From: Nemertoderma westbladi
Taxonomy: Eukaryota > Animalia > Xenacoelomorpha
Assembly: GCA_032718475.1 (NCBI GenBank)
Contig: JAUCBJ010000238.1
Span: 1-64,000, forward strand
Reading direction: 5' to 3'
DNA length: 64,000 nucleotides
Part shown: piece by piece, positions 1 to 12,208 of the stretch
Numbering within the stretch: position 1 is the first letter of the stretch
How the letters are laid out: every line of letters begins with the position of its first letter
Translations under genes and position numbers: made by a program
Notes under the pieces: generated by a model
The model's database searches: none
The model's input: the letters and a program-made list of their open reading frames with translations, nothing else
What the model was told of the DNA's origin: nothing

Positions 1-12
1 GAGATTAAACAA

Positions 13-727
13 ATGATGAAACATAAATTCGAGAAAATCATGAATATTTTGAAGAATATACAGAAACAGCCACATAGTGAAAAGGACAATGAGAGTGAGG
101 AAGAGAATAAATCAGAGGAAAGTGAGAATGATGAAACGGAGAGTGAGATAGAGAAAGAAGAAAATGAGAGTGGTGGTGAAGAAAATGAGAGCGAGAAAGA
201 AGTCGAGGAACATGAAAGTGGTGAGGATAATGACTCAGATAATGAGGAGATATTAAGACATGTATTAGGAAATAAAAATAAATTGCAGAAAATAATTAGA
301 CAATTGAATGAAATGCAGAAACATTCGCATAAGGAGAGTGATAATGATGGAAATGAGAGTGATGAGGAAGAATCGGAGGAGAGTAGCGATGACAGTGAGG
401 AAGAATCAAAGGAGAGTAGCGATGACAGTGAGGAAGCATCAGAGGAGAATGACAATGAAAATGGACAGAAAATCAGAGTAGGGAATGGAAAAGTTATATC
501 TCCACCAACTGTTGTATATCGACCTAGGATTATGAACAGTAACAGTCGTACAGTTAGTGCGAGACAGTGCAGAAGATAATTAGACAATTGAATGAAATGC
601 AGAAACATTCGCATAAGGAGAGTGATAATGATGGAAATGAGAGTGATGGGGATGAATCGGAGGAGAGTAGCGATGACAGTGAGGAAGAATCAGAGGAGAG
701 TAGCGATGACAGTGAGGAAGCATCAGA
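13..727 (+). other. Acidic Glu/Ser/Asp-rich low-complexity ORF with internal ~160-bp duplication; coding status uncertain
   Basis: ORF 13..579 (188 aa). The segment at ~284-442 (tgcagaaaataattagacaattgaatgaaatgcag...) recurs at ~568-727. No recognisable domain. Confidence 0.3.
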
Positions 728-1067
728 TATATCTTATGTGTTACAATGTGTTATATCTTAAATGTTACTCTGCTATATGTATATGTATATGTGTTATGTT
801 ATAAATATATATTTCAATGTTGCTATATTAAAAATATGAAAATAGTCGACTATATTTCATTTTTCTTTTTTCAACTTTGGATAAATAATATAGGGGTTAA
901 ACAAAGAACATCAAAACAGTTAAACAGTTACATTTAACATTTAGACAGTTGGGGGCTTTTATAGAGGGAGGCTAGAATGGAGTTGTGAAAAAAGAATAAT
1001 CTATTGTAAACCAGATGTTTCTTGAATTTTTCTCAGGCGTATTTAACAATAAAGTGGGTGAAGGTGA

Positions 1068-1710
1068 GGCTGTGGCTGTGGCTGTGGTTGTGGCTGTGGT
1101 TGTGGCTGTGGCTGTGGCTGTGGCTGTGGCTGTGGCTGTGGCTGTGGCTGTGGCTGTGGTTGTGGCTGTGGCTGTGGCTGTGGCTGTGGCTGTGGCTGTG
1201 GCTGTGGTTGTGGCTGTGGTTGTGGCTGTGGCTGTGGCTGTGGCTGTGGCTGTGGCTGTGGCTGTGGCTGTGGCTGTGGCTGTGGTTGTGGCTGTGGCTG
1301 TGGCTTGTGGCTGTGGCTGTGGTTGTGGTTGTGGCTGTGGCTGTGGCTGTGGTTGTGGCTGTGGCTGTGGCTGTGGCTGTGGCTGTGGTTGTGGCTGTGG
1401 CGTGGTTGTGGTTGTGGCTGTGGTTGTGGCTGTGGCTGTGGCTGTGGCTGTGGCTGTGGCTGTGGCTGTGGTTGTGGTTGTGGTTGTGGCTGTGGCTGTG
1501 GCTGTGGCTGTGGCTGTGGCTGTGGCTGTGGCTGTGGTGTGGCTGTGGCTGTGGTGTGGCTGTGGTTGTGGTTGTGGCTGTGGCTGTGGCTGTGGCTGTG
1601 GCTGTGGTTGTGGCTGTGGCTGTGGCTGTGGCTGTGGCTGGTGGCTGTGGCTGTGGCTGTGGCTGTGGCTGTGGCTGTGGCTGTGCGTTGTGGCTGTGGC
1701 TGTGGTCTGT
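1068..1710. repeat. (GGCTGT/GGTTGT)n hexanucleotide microsatellite, ~105 units
   Basis: Read directly from the sequence; explains the VAVA/WLWL/CGCG pseudo-ORFs. Confidence 0.97.
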
Positions 1711-1784
1711 GGGGAGTGCCTCAGGTCTTAAATCAGAGTCTTACAAATTCGAACGTTAACGAACAAATTCAAACGTTACTGTTC

Positions 1785-2120
1785 CACCTTGGTGTAGTGG
1801 TTGCTTTGAATTCACATCTCCAGTAGGTCGTGGGTTCAATCCTCACATGGACCCAGGGCAGTTTTCGTTCGATCTGGGGGTCAAAATTAAGTAATAATAT
1901 ATCTAAAAAAGTCTCAAACATCTTGCCTCATGGCTCGCCCCTCAGAACTCTTAAGCAATATAGCTTCATAGTTTTTAAGGAAAACTGTTAAACGAGATTT
2001 GTTACTTACGCATACCTCGCAGACTTAAGTAATTAATTATACAGTAGGTTAGATCGTTTTGAGAATAGGACCATTGGAAACAGCGCCCTCGAAAACCTCA
2101 GTACAAATAAAATGAATAAA
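1785..2120 (+). mobile_element. tRNA-derived SINE (Pol III A/B boxes)
   Basis: A box TGGTGTAGTGG 1790-1800 and B box GGTTCAATCC 1833-1842. AT-rich tail near 2105-2120 (3' limit approximate). A related head lies on the minus strand at ~16925-16985. Confidence 0.6.
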
Positions 2121-2880
2121 GATTAACAGGATATAGCTTGGTATTATAAAACATAAATTATAATACAGTAAAACAATTAGGGTTGTAAATAAAAACAAAT
2201 TCAATAAATTGAAGATAAACTGTATATAACTTATGTATTAAAAGAGGGTTTTATTTAATTATGCTCGTGGACTGCTTCATAAAGTACAATATGAAAGAAT
2301 GCAATCTATTGCAAGAGCAGATGTTTATTCTAATTTCTTGAATGAATTGATGTAATAACGAAGCTGTGGGTTTGAATAATTTAAGCTCTATCGCAGGCCC
2401 CATTCACGCAGGCCCCATTCACGCATTGATGTTTGGGTTAGTCATGCTACGGTTAATAAGAGCCCGAGCGGCCGCAGATTATTGAGGGATGACTCAGGGC
2501 CAAACTGGTCCACTTTATTTTTGAGTGAGGGTAATTTATATTTAATTCTATCTTTACCTACTGAATGGCAAAAATAATACAAATGTATTGTATATTATAT
2601 TGCACAGTGCCTATTGTGTTGTATATTTCGTTTGTTATAGTACAATTTATTCATCTCGCGCCCCCTATCTGATTGATTTGTATCAAATTAAATTGCCTTT
2701 GGCAACATTATTTGATACAAATCGATTGATTAAACAATTAATTAATTGTTTAATCGACCAATTAATTAATTGATTGATTAATTAATGACCTACTTAACAC
2801 CCAAGGTGCGAAGTAGGACTAACTGTCGCCGAAGTAGGGTAAACCATTACTACTGGTGTAAATCCGACACTAGAAATGAC

Positions 2881-3004
2881 TATCATTTTAAGCATTTAAA
2901 AAGTAGCAGCATTGAAATAAAAAGAATGGCTGAATGGAATGGTATCATTTTAAGCATTTAAAAAGTAGCAGCATTGAAATAAAAAGAATGGCTGAATGGA
3001 ATGG
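2881..3004. repeat. Perfect 62-bp tandem duplication
   Basis: tatcattttaagcatt...gaatggaatgg at 2881-2942 and 2943-3004. Confidence 0.9.
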
Positions 3005-3025
3005 ATCGATAAGTTATATGAATAT

Positions 3026-3296
3026 TACTACTACTACTACTACTACTAGGATCGGCATGCTGCATTGCAGCTGCATTTTTAAGAATGCTGTGCCGGCTTA
3101 TTGACAAAGTTGCACCGCCACAACTCCCTATCACCCATGACATTTGCTAGATCATCCGCATCTTCAAGGCCAGTGTCCTTTAAGATGCGTCTCAAGAAAG
3201 TCATGGGCTGTCCACCATGCTTATTCACTCCACGAGGCTGCCAAAGTACAAGATTATGCACTGCCTGGCCCTCACGGCGAAAGCAATGTCCTGCAA
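3026..3296 (-). mobile_element. 5'-truncated RTE-clade LINE 3' end with (GTA)n tail and 10-bp TSD
   Basis: Minus strand reads FAGHCFR..LVLWQP..G..DTGL..MGDRELWR (RTE C-terminus). (TAC)n at 3026-3048. TSD ATATGAATAT at 3016-3025 and 3297-3306. Near-identical to 62937-63198. Confidence 0.85.
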
Positions 3297-3418
3297 ATAT
3301 GAATATAAATTTTTCCCTTAGTTGAGTAACTCCAAGACCAGCAGAGCAAATAGACAACTGGCAGCGGCAGGTGGGTGGAGGGAGTGAGGGGGGGGGGGGG
3401 GGGGGGCGATTGGGGGAC

Positions 3419-4366
3419 GCCCGCGGGCACTAATGTCTCAGGACTCATTAGTGCCCGAGGACCTTGTCTGCAAGTGAGACGTTAGTGCCCGTGAGTCATT
3501 AGTGCCCGAGGACCTTGTCTGCAAGTGGGACGTTAGTGCCCGAGAGTCATTAGTGCCAAAGGACCTTGTCTGCAAGTGAGACGTTACTGCCCGCGAGTCA
3601 TTAGTCCCCGCACTGAATTTGGAAGTTAGATAAGGCGTTTTACTTCTTACTTATAATGAGTTATACCCCATTCAACCAAAGTCATTGACAATGGCCTCCT
3701 CCATTAACATACACTAATTTAATTAATTCCCTAATTTAATTAACTAAAAGTACTACTATACTTTTAATTCGTCGACAAAATGTCAGACAGTCGGCTGAGT
3801 ATTTTTCTTGAAATCATTAACCCATTTCAATATATTAGTTAGGCGTCCTCGGTCCTCCGACGATTATACTGTAGTATTGCACCTTGTTTTTTTTTATTAC
3901 ACATAGTGTCTCCAGTAAAGTTAAACAAATTAAGTATACTAATCCAAAGTAGGTTATTTATAAACAATCAAACGCTGTTGCTTGATCCTCATTCCTTGAA
4001 GACTTTACCGCAAAACCAAATAATATAAATGCTACCATGTCTAACTAAGATTATTTAACTTTTTAATCATAATAGATCCAAGTTGAAAATAAAATGTTAA
4101 ATTACGAGACGCGGGAACTAAAGACTGGAAATTATCTTTGAAGTTTGAAGAAAGTATCGTATCGTTTGCATCAGCAGGAACTAAAGAAGCGGGAAATGTC
4201 TTCCTGGCCTGTTGTATTTATTACAAATACTAACTGCTGTAACTAAGTCACTAGGCGGGCACTAATTTCTCGCAGGCACTAACGTCCTATGGGACATTAG
4301 TGCCCGCTATAATGCGACTAAGTGACCGCGGGCACTAAAGGTACTGAGACATTAGTGCCCGCGGGC
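3419..4366. mobile_element. Non-autonomous TIR element with 23-bp perfect TIRs and ~51-bp subterminal tandem repeats
   Basis: gcccgcgggcactaatgtctcag at 3419-3441 is the reverse complement of 4344-4366. About three 51-bp units at 3446-3600. TTAGTGCCCG motifs at both ends. No clear TSD. Confidence 0.8.
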
Positions 4367-4434
4367 CCTTAGGTAAACCTTAAGATAGTCTAACATTGCT
4401 TGAAAACAACAAATCTTGAGAGTAAGACTAAACA

Positions 4435-6167
4435 CGAAGTGGGGCCTTCGCGCAGCACGTGACTTAAATTTAATTTAAGTACTAATTCGAAAGTATTACT
4501 GTATTAGGATATTATTGGAATGTGGTGTGGAATGTTAGGAATGTATATGAATCAGCAGTCCGTAGAGGTTTACATATTTAAAATTACTGCCGAAATATAA
4601 GTTATATGAGTATTATTTGTTATGATTTCTACCATTATATTCTTCCACGCAAAGTTCCTAGTCCTATAGGTCCAATCAAAACATTCTGTATATTGCCAAT
4701 GGTTCAACGTAATCAAAGAGACGACGCTAGACGACGCACGCAGCCAATCCCAGTGAAAAATGCACGCAAATAAGTAGTCATAAGTGATAATTCTAGAAAG
4801 GCTTTTCTGCGAATGTAGGCTATTGTGTAATTCATTTCAGTACCGGTCTGCCTAACTGTCTGCACCAGGTGTCTGCACCAGGTGTCTGCACCAGGTGTCT
4901 GCACCAGGTGTCTGCACTAGGTGTCTGCACCAGGTGTCTGCACCAGGTGTCTGCACCAGGTGTCTGCACCAGGTGTCTGCACCCACCAGGTGTCTGCACC
5001 AGGTGTCTGCACCAGGTGTCTGCACCAGGTGTCTGCACCAGGTGTCTGCACCAGGTGTCTGCACCAGTTGTCTGCACCAGGTGTCTGCACCAGGTGTCTG
5101 CTTAACGTTTACACCCCAATTCCGCTTGGTTTATATCTTGATTATCAATAAAATAGTAACGTGAAATATTTATGGAGCGTATATTTGAGAATGTTGAAAT
5201 AATGCGTTTAGTAGTGTGACCAGCGTCTTGAATTTCCGCTTACCTCTAGCGGCAGACTGGAGAAATGCAGATCGACCACCTTCCTCAGAAAGACGCAGCA
5301 TGTGCTCTAGTACATATGCCAATATTCACTTTAAATAAATTAATATCAAGGAATTGGGGACAGTTATACATTTCGCCCTCTAGCGGCAGACTGGAGGACT
5401 CCAGACCGTTTACTGCCCACCAAAGACTCAGGCCGACTTCTACTACATATCTGCTACGTTTCAGCTTGAACGGATCATAAATAACGAGATGGGAGAAAGA
5501 TTTCACTTTCAAACATTTCGCCCTCTAGCGGCAGACTGAAGAACTGCACACGGATTAGCCTTCAATTCAATTCAATTCAATTCCTTCTTTCAAAGTCACA
5601 GCTAATGGTCTAGTACATATCTGCCAAATTTCAGCATAAATGGATTAAAAGCAAAGAAATGGGAGGACATTTAACGTTTAGACATGTGGCCCTCTAGCAG
5701 GAGACTATTGCTCTGATGGTGTCTGAAAGTCTCTCAAACGTCTCAACTTTAGCTCATATTGATACCTACAAATTTTCAACTTGGCAGCTTTAAATCCGAC
5801 AAAGTTATTAGCATGTCAAAATCGTAACGACGACAACGATTTCACTTTCAGACCTTTGGCCCTCTAGCGGCAGACTGGAGAACTGCAGATGGATTCGCCT
5901 CCTTTGAAAGTCACAGCTAATGGTCTAATACATATCTGCTAAGTTTCAGCTTAAACGGATTAAAAGCAAAGAAATGGGAGGGCATTTAATGTTTAGACAT
6001 GTGGCCCTCTAGCGGGAGACCATTGCACTGATGGTGTCTGAAAGTCTCTCAAAAATCTCAACTTTTGCTCATATTGATACCTACAAATTTTCAACTTGGC
6101 AGCTTTAAATCCGACAAAGTTATTAGCATGTCAAAATCGTAACGACGACGACGACAACGACGACGAC

Positions 6168-6199
<32 letters not shown>

Positions 6200-6278
6200 C
6201 GACAACTATTTGCATAAATTGACCCACCCCCTAACAGTGTCAATTCGCTAAGGCTCCGCCAACTTCGTGGCTCGCCCC
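4435..6278 (-). mobile_element. HINE/Helentron-like non-autonomous element, copy A (TGT-flanked)
   Basis: Reverse complement of the copy at 14083-15325: same 5' end GGGGCGAGCCACGAAG, (GTC)n microsatellite at 6142-6205, core repeats at 5240-6020, and 3' end at 4435-4510. ACA at 4432-4434 and 6279-6281. Confidence 0.8.
4857..5101. repeat. 13-bp minisatellite (TGTCTGCACCAGG)n, ~19 copies
   Basis: Read directly from the sequence. Confidence 0.95.
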
Positions 6279-6473
6279 ACAAGCCAGTAAGTCAATAGGA
6301 GGGCTCCAATTTCTAAGGAAATAGAAGGGGATGATTAGCAATTTTGATTGGTCGATGATGCATCCGCAAGCGGATTCCTTATGTGTCAGTCCTTACGTTT
6401 TTACTCTCGTGGCATACAGGATAGGAAATGGTTAGGCCTACAGGCAGACATGGATTACGGATATGGGAGGGAT

Positions 6474-6491
6474 CATGGCAGCATGGCCATG
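6474..6491. mobile_element. P-element-like excision footprint (CATGGC..GCCATG, 7-bp TSD)
   Basis: GAGGGAT at 6467-6473 and 6492-6498 flanks CATGGCAGCATGGCCATG. Confidence 0.55.
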
Positions 6492-6611
6492 GAGGGATAA
6501 TCTTATGACACCTGTCCCTGTTTCGCTGACGCTGTCTGCCTGTCCTGCAGTGCTGTACCTGTGTACCAGTAGCGGTACTGTAGTCGGTAGTTCAGTTGAT
6601 ATCCAAAGGTT

Positions 6612-7238
6612 TTCGCAAAGGCATTCGATTCAGAAGTACAAAGTAAGCTTTTAGCTAAGCTTTCCAGTTATGGAATTAGCGGAAATCTTATTGCTTGGTT
6701 GACAGCATTTCTTTCCAATCGTACTCAACGTGTACTAGTTGAAAATAGTTATTCTAATTATATTTATAATATAGTTATTTTGGGTACCCCGCAGGGGACA
6801 GTTTTAGGACCATTATTATTTTTACTGTTCATTAATGACTTACCTGAAAATCAGAAAATGTTTACCCTGTATCGTGCAAATTATTTGCTGATGATGCTAA
6901 ATTATTCGCTCTCTCTGTTAACTCTCACGTTTTAAGTTCAGCATTATCAGCATTAGAGCACTGAGCAAGTGAATGGCAACTCACAAGTGCTTTATTTCGG
7001 TAACAATAATGTGCGTACCTCTTACTGTATTTACAATACGAATATAAGGGAGGAATCTCACTGTAAAGATTTAGGAGTTACAATTTCCAATAATCTAAAG
7101 TTCGTTAAGTATTGCCGTGAACAAGTAGCCAAAGCCTACAAAATTGTAAATATGCTTTTTCGTTGTTTTTACACTAAGAACATGGTAGCTCTTATAAGAA
7201 CGTATAAATCATACGTCCGGCCATTATTGGAATATTGT
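6612..7238 (+). mobile_element. CR1-clade LINE RT fragment, 5' part (decayed)
   Basis: FAKAFD..KLSSYGISGNLIAWLTAFLSNRTQRV..GTPQGTVLGPLLFLLFINDLP..(FADD, frameshifted)..KDLGV..YKSYVRPLLEYC. Confidence 0.9.
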
Positions 7239-7932
7239 GGGGCGAGCCACGAAGTGAGTGAGCCTTAGCGTAGTGGTACCATTAATCAACCTGTCGTTCT
7301 GTCGTTCTGTCGCGTTTTTTTTTCAGTATTTTATTTTAAACGTTAATAACTCGGCCAATCCTTGATGAAATCTATCCAAACTTGGTACACATGTTGTTTG
7401 GCAAAAGTTTGAAAATTTTCCAAGTAGAATTTGCGTGGGGCCTTCGTGCAGCATCAGTGTAACTGTTATTGCAGTTATAATACATTTGTTTATCCAAATT
7501 TAAAATGCGTTAAATTATTATTACTGTAGGATAAATCAGCTGGGTTTTCTGACAAATTTTGCAATTCTGCATGTAGGCCTACCATGTGTACCGGTACTGT
7601 CAGGCTGTACTCAATCCCTGAATCGAGAATCCTGCAAAGCTATATACTGTTAGGTATATTGCTGTATTGGGGTGGGGTTAGGAATAATCCATTTGTTTTA
7701 GCATTGAACTGTTGAATCCCCTTATTTATTATAAAACCATTGGAAATATTCGCAAATGCCGCTCCATTACTGTCTGAAACGCTCCCGACAGTCCGATGTA
7801 TCTGGACCCGAGCAGCCGAGTTGCTTCAAGAGGTGATTAACGGGGGAATACTACGGAATTGCTTGTTTGTCAGTACGATTCTATTTGGGTATTTACTACA
7901 CTCAGACACTGGGAATACGGCGGTCAGTCAGA

Positions 7933-9523
7933 CCAGCCTGGAAAAAGTCACCCAGGCGCGCACAACGCCCGCGCACTTCATTGCCAACCGCGCATTCCCA
8001 TATAGAAAAATCGCGCACCCCAAGAATCTTAACCGCGCACCCCAAAAATCTCAACCGCGCACCCAAAAAATTCAACCGCGCACCCCCAGACCCCGAAAAT
8101 AAAAGGTAGGATAGTGTTACAAACAAGTGTGGAAACAAGTGTGACGTTATGCTGTTATGAAAGGTTTTATTAAAAAAAATTATATTTAAAATTGTATGCC
8201 TACAGTATATTTCTCTAGTTCAATTTTGGAATAAAAAATTTCATTGCGAAATCTAATAACTATTTACATACATGTATAATGCGTACATGGAGTTCTTGGA
8301 AATGCTGCGACCAGAGTCGAGTAGTACGGAAACGGAAATAAGGTAGCATAATGTAATAAGGTCATACTGTATGTTTAGGTTAACCGATCACAGTTCTGAA
8401 TTAAAAATGTAATGTTCTTAGTGGAATGATATACTTTTATTTGTATATTTACATTCATATTTATGTACTTTTATTTGTTTATTTAAAGGTCAGCAATAAT
8501 ATTAAAGGTTTTAAAAAGAATATTAGAGAATTATCAAAACATATTTTCGGCCGAAATTTCGGCCGAAATATTTTTTTACATTTGTTCAGCTCTTTCATTT
8601 GATTTCATTTTCGACCGAATATATTTTGTTACATTTTTTTCAGCTCTTTCATTTGATGTCATTTTCGGCCGAAATCTCGACCGAAATTTCGGCCGAAAAT
8701 GTCATCAAATGGAAGAGCTGAAAATGTAATAAAATATTTCGGTCGAGATTTCGGCCGAAATTTCGGCCGAAAATGACATCAAATTGAAGAGCTGAAAAAA
8801 TGTAATAATATATTTCGGCCGAAAATTCAGTCGAAATTTCGGCCGAAAATTTAGTCGAAATTTCGGCCGAAAATTTAGTCGAAATTTCGGCCGAAAATGA
8901 CATCAAATGAAAGAGCTGAAAAAATGTAATAAAATATTTCGGCCGAAAATGTCATCAAATGAAAGAGCTGAACAAATGTAACAAAATATTTCGGCCGAAA
9001 ATATGTTTTGAAATTCTCTAATATTCTTTTTAAAACCTTTAATATTATTGCTGACTGCTTTTGGCGTTAACGGCGCCTCATATTTACCTTGCCAAGTAAT
9101 AGTGTTATGATAAAAAACTAATAAATTTTGAACTAAAAAATTAACTGTTTTTCTAAACATATGCTTCGAATACTGAAGTATGGAAATCGAAAACGAAATA
9201 GTTGAAATAACCTGCCACGAATGCATATGACGACATAAATACATACAAGACAATACATATGTCAATTAAAATTTCCGTACTTACATATGTTTTCAGCATA
9301 TGTGCAGAAAAACAGGAAAATTTTTGGCGCGCAAGAGCGCGCACACACACGCCATGTGCGCGCAAGCGCGTACACGTATGCCATGTGCGCGCAAGCGCGC
9401 ACATGTGGCTTGCTCTGTGGGCGCACGGCGCACGTTTTTGGCCTTTTCTGCGCACGCGCACGCGCACCCATTATTTTACCGCGCACAACGCGTTTTAATT
9501 TTTGCAAACATTTTCCAGGCTGG
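7933..9523. mobile_element. hAT-like non-autonomous DNA transposon (13-bp TIR, 8-bp TSD)
   Basis: CCAGCCTGGAAAA at 7933-7945 and TTTTCCAGGCTGG at 9511-9523. TSD CAGTCAGA at 7925-7932 and 9524-9531. GCGCAC-rich subterminal repeats at both ends. Confidence 0.85.
8489..9055. mobile_element. Fold-back element built from TTTCGGCCGAAA palindromes
   Basis: gtcagcaataatattaaaggttttaaaaagaatattagagaatt at 8489 is inverted at ~9011-9055. Many internal TTTCGGCCGAAA copies. Confidence 0.8.
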
Positions 9524-10090
9524 CAGTCAGATCGTAATGCGGGCCACTGCCAAGTTTCTCATGCCTCACTCCGGTCACCCACCTTGGAGTGCGGTGGGAA
9601 GAGTCCCACTTACTGACATACGTCGACGACTGGACGAATCGACGAGGATTGCGATCTGGGTTTAGCGGCGGCCCGGATCCTGGGATCGCCTGGGGGAAAT
9701 GGTTGAACGTTGGGCAGACGTTATCGCACTGGATTACGTTCTCTGTGACGCGAAAGTGTGAAGCGAATTCGTTGTCGAATTGGGTCGGAAGCTGCGGGAA
9801 TTCTACTGTTCTACGGGAGTAAACCGCAGCGGTCCGGTGACTACGGACGGATACTACTGGGATAAGCAGGTATTTCGATCGAGTTTCTCGTATTCTCGAT
9901 GCTCGAGGCGGATAGAGAGTTGGTTGTGTTGGGCGGTGTTGTTCAATTCTATCAAACATATTAAATAATTGGTAAAATAATAAAAACACACCAGATAAAG
10001 ATACTGAGCTTATGGTAAAGAGATAGGCCGAACTTACAATTTCCAAATAGATTGTTCATATAATAAATATATTTTTGGTATTTGATTTCA

Positions 10091-10600
10091 AGATAGGGGG
10101 GGGGGGGGGGGGGGGGGGACTGGACGCAATAAAAATTCATCCCTCTCCAGGGGAAATTGGACGCAAATAACAACAGCTGATTACTCTCAAAAATAAAACT
10201 GTAACCTGTTCTATTGTGTTTACTTTATTGTTTTGGTTAAAATAACGTGCCACTGTAACCTGCTCCTTTCCCAAAATTGAGAAATTAATATTGAGGCGAG
10301 TTATAGTTCATATGCGTACCTCTGGTATTTTCGTATTGCAAAAATAAGACTATAAGTATGAAATACCCTATGTTATTGAGATATTGTTTATTGTTTTGGT
10401 TAGAAAAGCCCACCACTGTAACCTGCTCCTTTCCGTTAATTAAGTAATGGAGATTAGTTTATTGTTTTGGTTAGAAAACACCACCACTGTAACCTGCTTC
10501 TTTTGCCAGAGGTACGCATATGAACGATAACCTTGAGGCGGGATATTAATTCGCCAAGATGGGATTTGCGTCCAGTCTCCCACCCCCCCCCTCCTATCTC
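10091..10600. mobile_element. MULE-like MITE (9-bp TSD)
   Basis: agatagg-G-run-gactggacgcaa at the left end and ttgcgtccagtctcc-C-run-cctatctc at the right. TSD TTGATTTCA at 10082-10090 and 10601-10609. Internal ccactgtaacctgct repeats. Related sequence at ~52880-53180. Confidence 0.75.
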
Positions 10601-10684
10601 TTGATTTCACTAAAAAATAGAATACATTGCATTTTACTGTTATAATTACTGTATTGAATAAAATAATTAATTGATTGTTTATTA

Positions 10685-11062
10685 AACCGTGCTAAGCACG
10701 TTGAACTGGAGCTCTAACAATTCCCCACTAGCGGCAGACAGGAACTGTAAAAGTCTCTGTAGAATTTCTAATTAAGCAATGCTCTTAGGTAACTACTACT
10801 AAATTTCAGATGAATCTGATCGTTGGTTCTATAATTACAGCTATTTTTACGTTTCTGTTAATTCGCCCCCTAGCGGCAGACCGGGGAACTGTAGAAGTCT
10901 GTCTGTGTGTAGAATTTCTAAATTTTTTATAGACTACATGAGTACCAAGTTTGGTTCCATTTCATCCATGATTGACCGACTTATTAGCGTTCAAACATTC
11001 CTGCCACAAACATAGCCAGAGGCAGCCACAAACGAATAAAAGCTGCAGGAACTCGAGCGATA
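10685..11062 (-). mobile_element. Canonical-looking HINE (copy D) with 3' hairpin and two core repeats
   Basis: Hairpin CGTGC-TAA-GCACG at 10688-10700 beside an A/T run. CTAGCGGCAGAC motifs at ~10728 and ~10870. 10935-10992 is homologous (inverted) to 7340-7397. Confidence 0.6.
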
Positions 11063-11478
11063 ATTAATTTATTAATTATTAAATACTGTTTCAATTAAAT
11101 TCTTTACGAAAATCTAGTCATCTTCTTTTAAATATGGACCCTGCATTCGTGGAAAATATAATATTTGATAATTCATCAGTCAGCCTACGCTAATTTCACG
11201 GCAAGTCCTTGTCATGGCCTGTGTGTAGTAGGCCATGGTACCACCCTACTACCGGTACCGGCTGACCGCGTGACCGGTGGCAACTAGCACTTCAGCACTT
11301 GCACAGCAACAGCACTACCGGCGATACACAGGTTGAAATTTATGTAGAGTTTGCTCAACAGTACAGATATAAAATAGTTATCTAAATTATATATATTACT
11401 ATTGACAAGTATTGAAATATATACCGTTATTCGTGTTATCAGTATTTGCAACATCTGACATTGAAGAGGTGAAAGAAG

Positions 11479-11820
11479 ATGAATACCGGCACTCAACAAA
11501 ACCAACGCTTATCACAGGTCGGTATGGTTACCTCGAAACCGGCGCGACTGTCCACTCGAATACAACTTCAAAACACAAACGCCAACAATAAACTGAAAGC
11601 GAATCGAACGTCTTCAGAAGAATCTGTCATTGGGACGAAGAAAAGGAAGCCGAAACCACGGGAATGGACCACAGCTAAGATTGAATGCTCCCATTGTCAG
11701 AGTTCCTGGACCGAAATTGAAACACCAATTGCCGATGGGCTTGATCTCTCAAACCAAAACTTCCTCTGCGGGGTTTGCGTGGCAGTAAAGATTGAAAGTC
11801 TGGAAGCTGGCATCCCTAGG
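11479..11820 (+). mobile_element. Probable LINE ORF1 fragment with PHD-like zinc finger
   Basis: IECSHCQSSW...FLCGVCVAVKIESLE: CxxC..W..F.CxxC followed by the start of a coiled coil, resembling CR1/L2 ORF1. Truncated. Confidence 0.45.
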
Positions 11821-12208
11821 TATTATTATTATAAAGAGCGTCAGCCTGCGTTTAATAAATATATTTTAATACAAAACAGGTCGAACGCAAAGAGGCTTAT
11901 AATGAAGACGAGTACTGCATTGATTATATTCCTATAAACCACCTGGCTTTGCATATTGAACGTGCGTTTGGAAATAAGTTCGTGCTACCCTTCCGTGGGT
12001 GGTAGATGTCGCGGTTATGTATTGGTGGGTGGGAAGGGAGGGGGGGGGGGGGGTGCAGATTAAAAGGGGTGAACACGTACTGTCCCCCTTTCTTTGATTA
12101 ATTGGTGGTGTGGGTTAATCTCTCATAACCTGATTTTGTGATACAGTCGCACAATTTTAATTTGTATCTCATAACTGGGCCTCGTGCTGCGCGAAGGCCC
12201 CACGAACG

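Larger units (their letters stand above)
7740..9968 (+). pseudogene. Decayed ORF of unknown origin (7740-7932 joined to 9532-9968), interrupted by a hAT-like element
   Basis: Removing 1599 bp (element plus one TSD) keeps the frame: ...TGNTAVSQ|IVMRATAKFLMP... About 210 codons with two in-frame stops; CpG-rich compared with flanks. Confidence 0.4.
7239..12208 (+). mobile_element. TGT-flanked HINE-like element, copy C, enlarged to ~5 kb by nested inserts; splits the CR1
   Basis: Starts GGGGCGAGCCACGAAGT and ends GTGCTGCGCGAAGGCCCCACGAACG. TGT at 7236-7238 and 12209-12211. Removing it restores CR1 GAA TAT TGT ACT CCT GTT TGG TCC CCA (EYCTPVWSP). Confidence 0.75.

Noticed and set aside
1015-1826. 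VAVA/WLWL/CGCG ORFs
   Set aside because: Hexanucleotide microsatellite.
1785-1860. tRNA gene
   Set aside because: A and B boxes are present but I cannot fold a full cloverleaf. A diverged paralogue shares downstream non-tRNA sequence, which fits a SINE.
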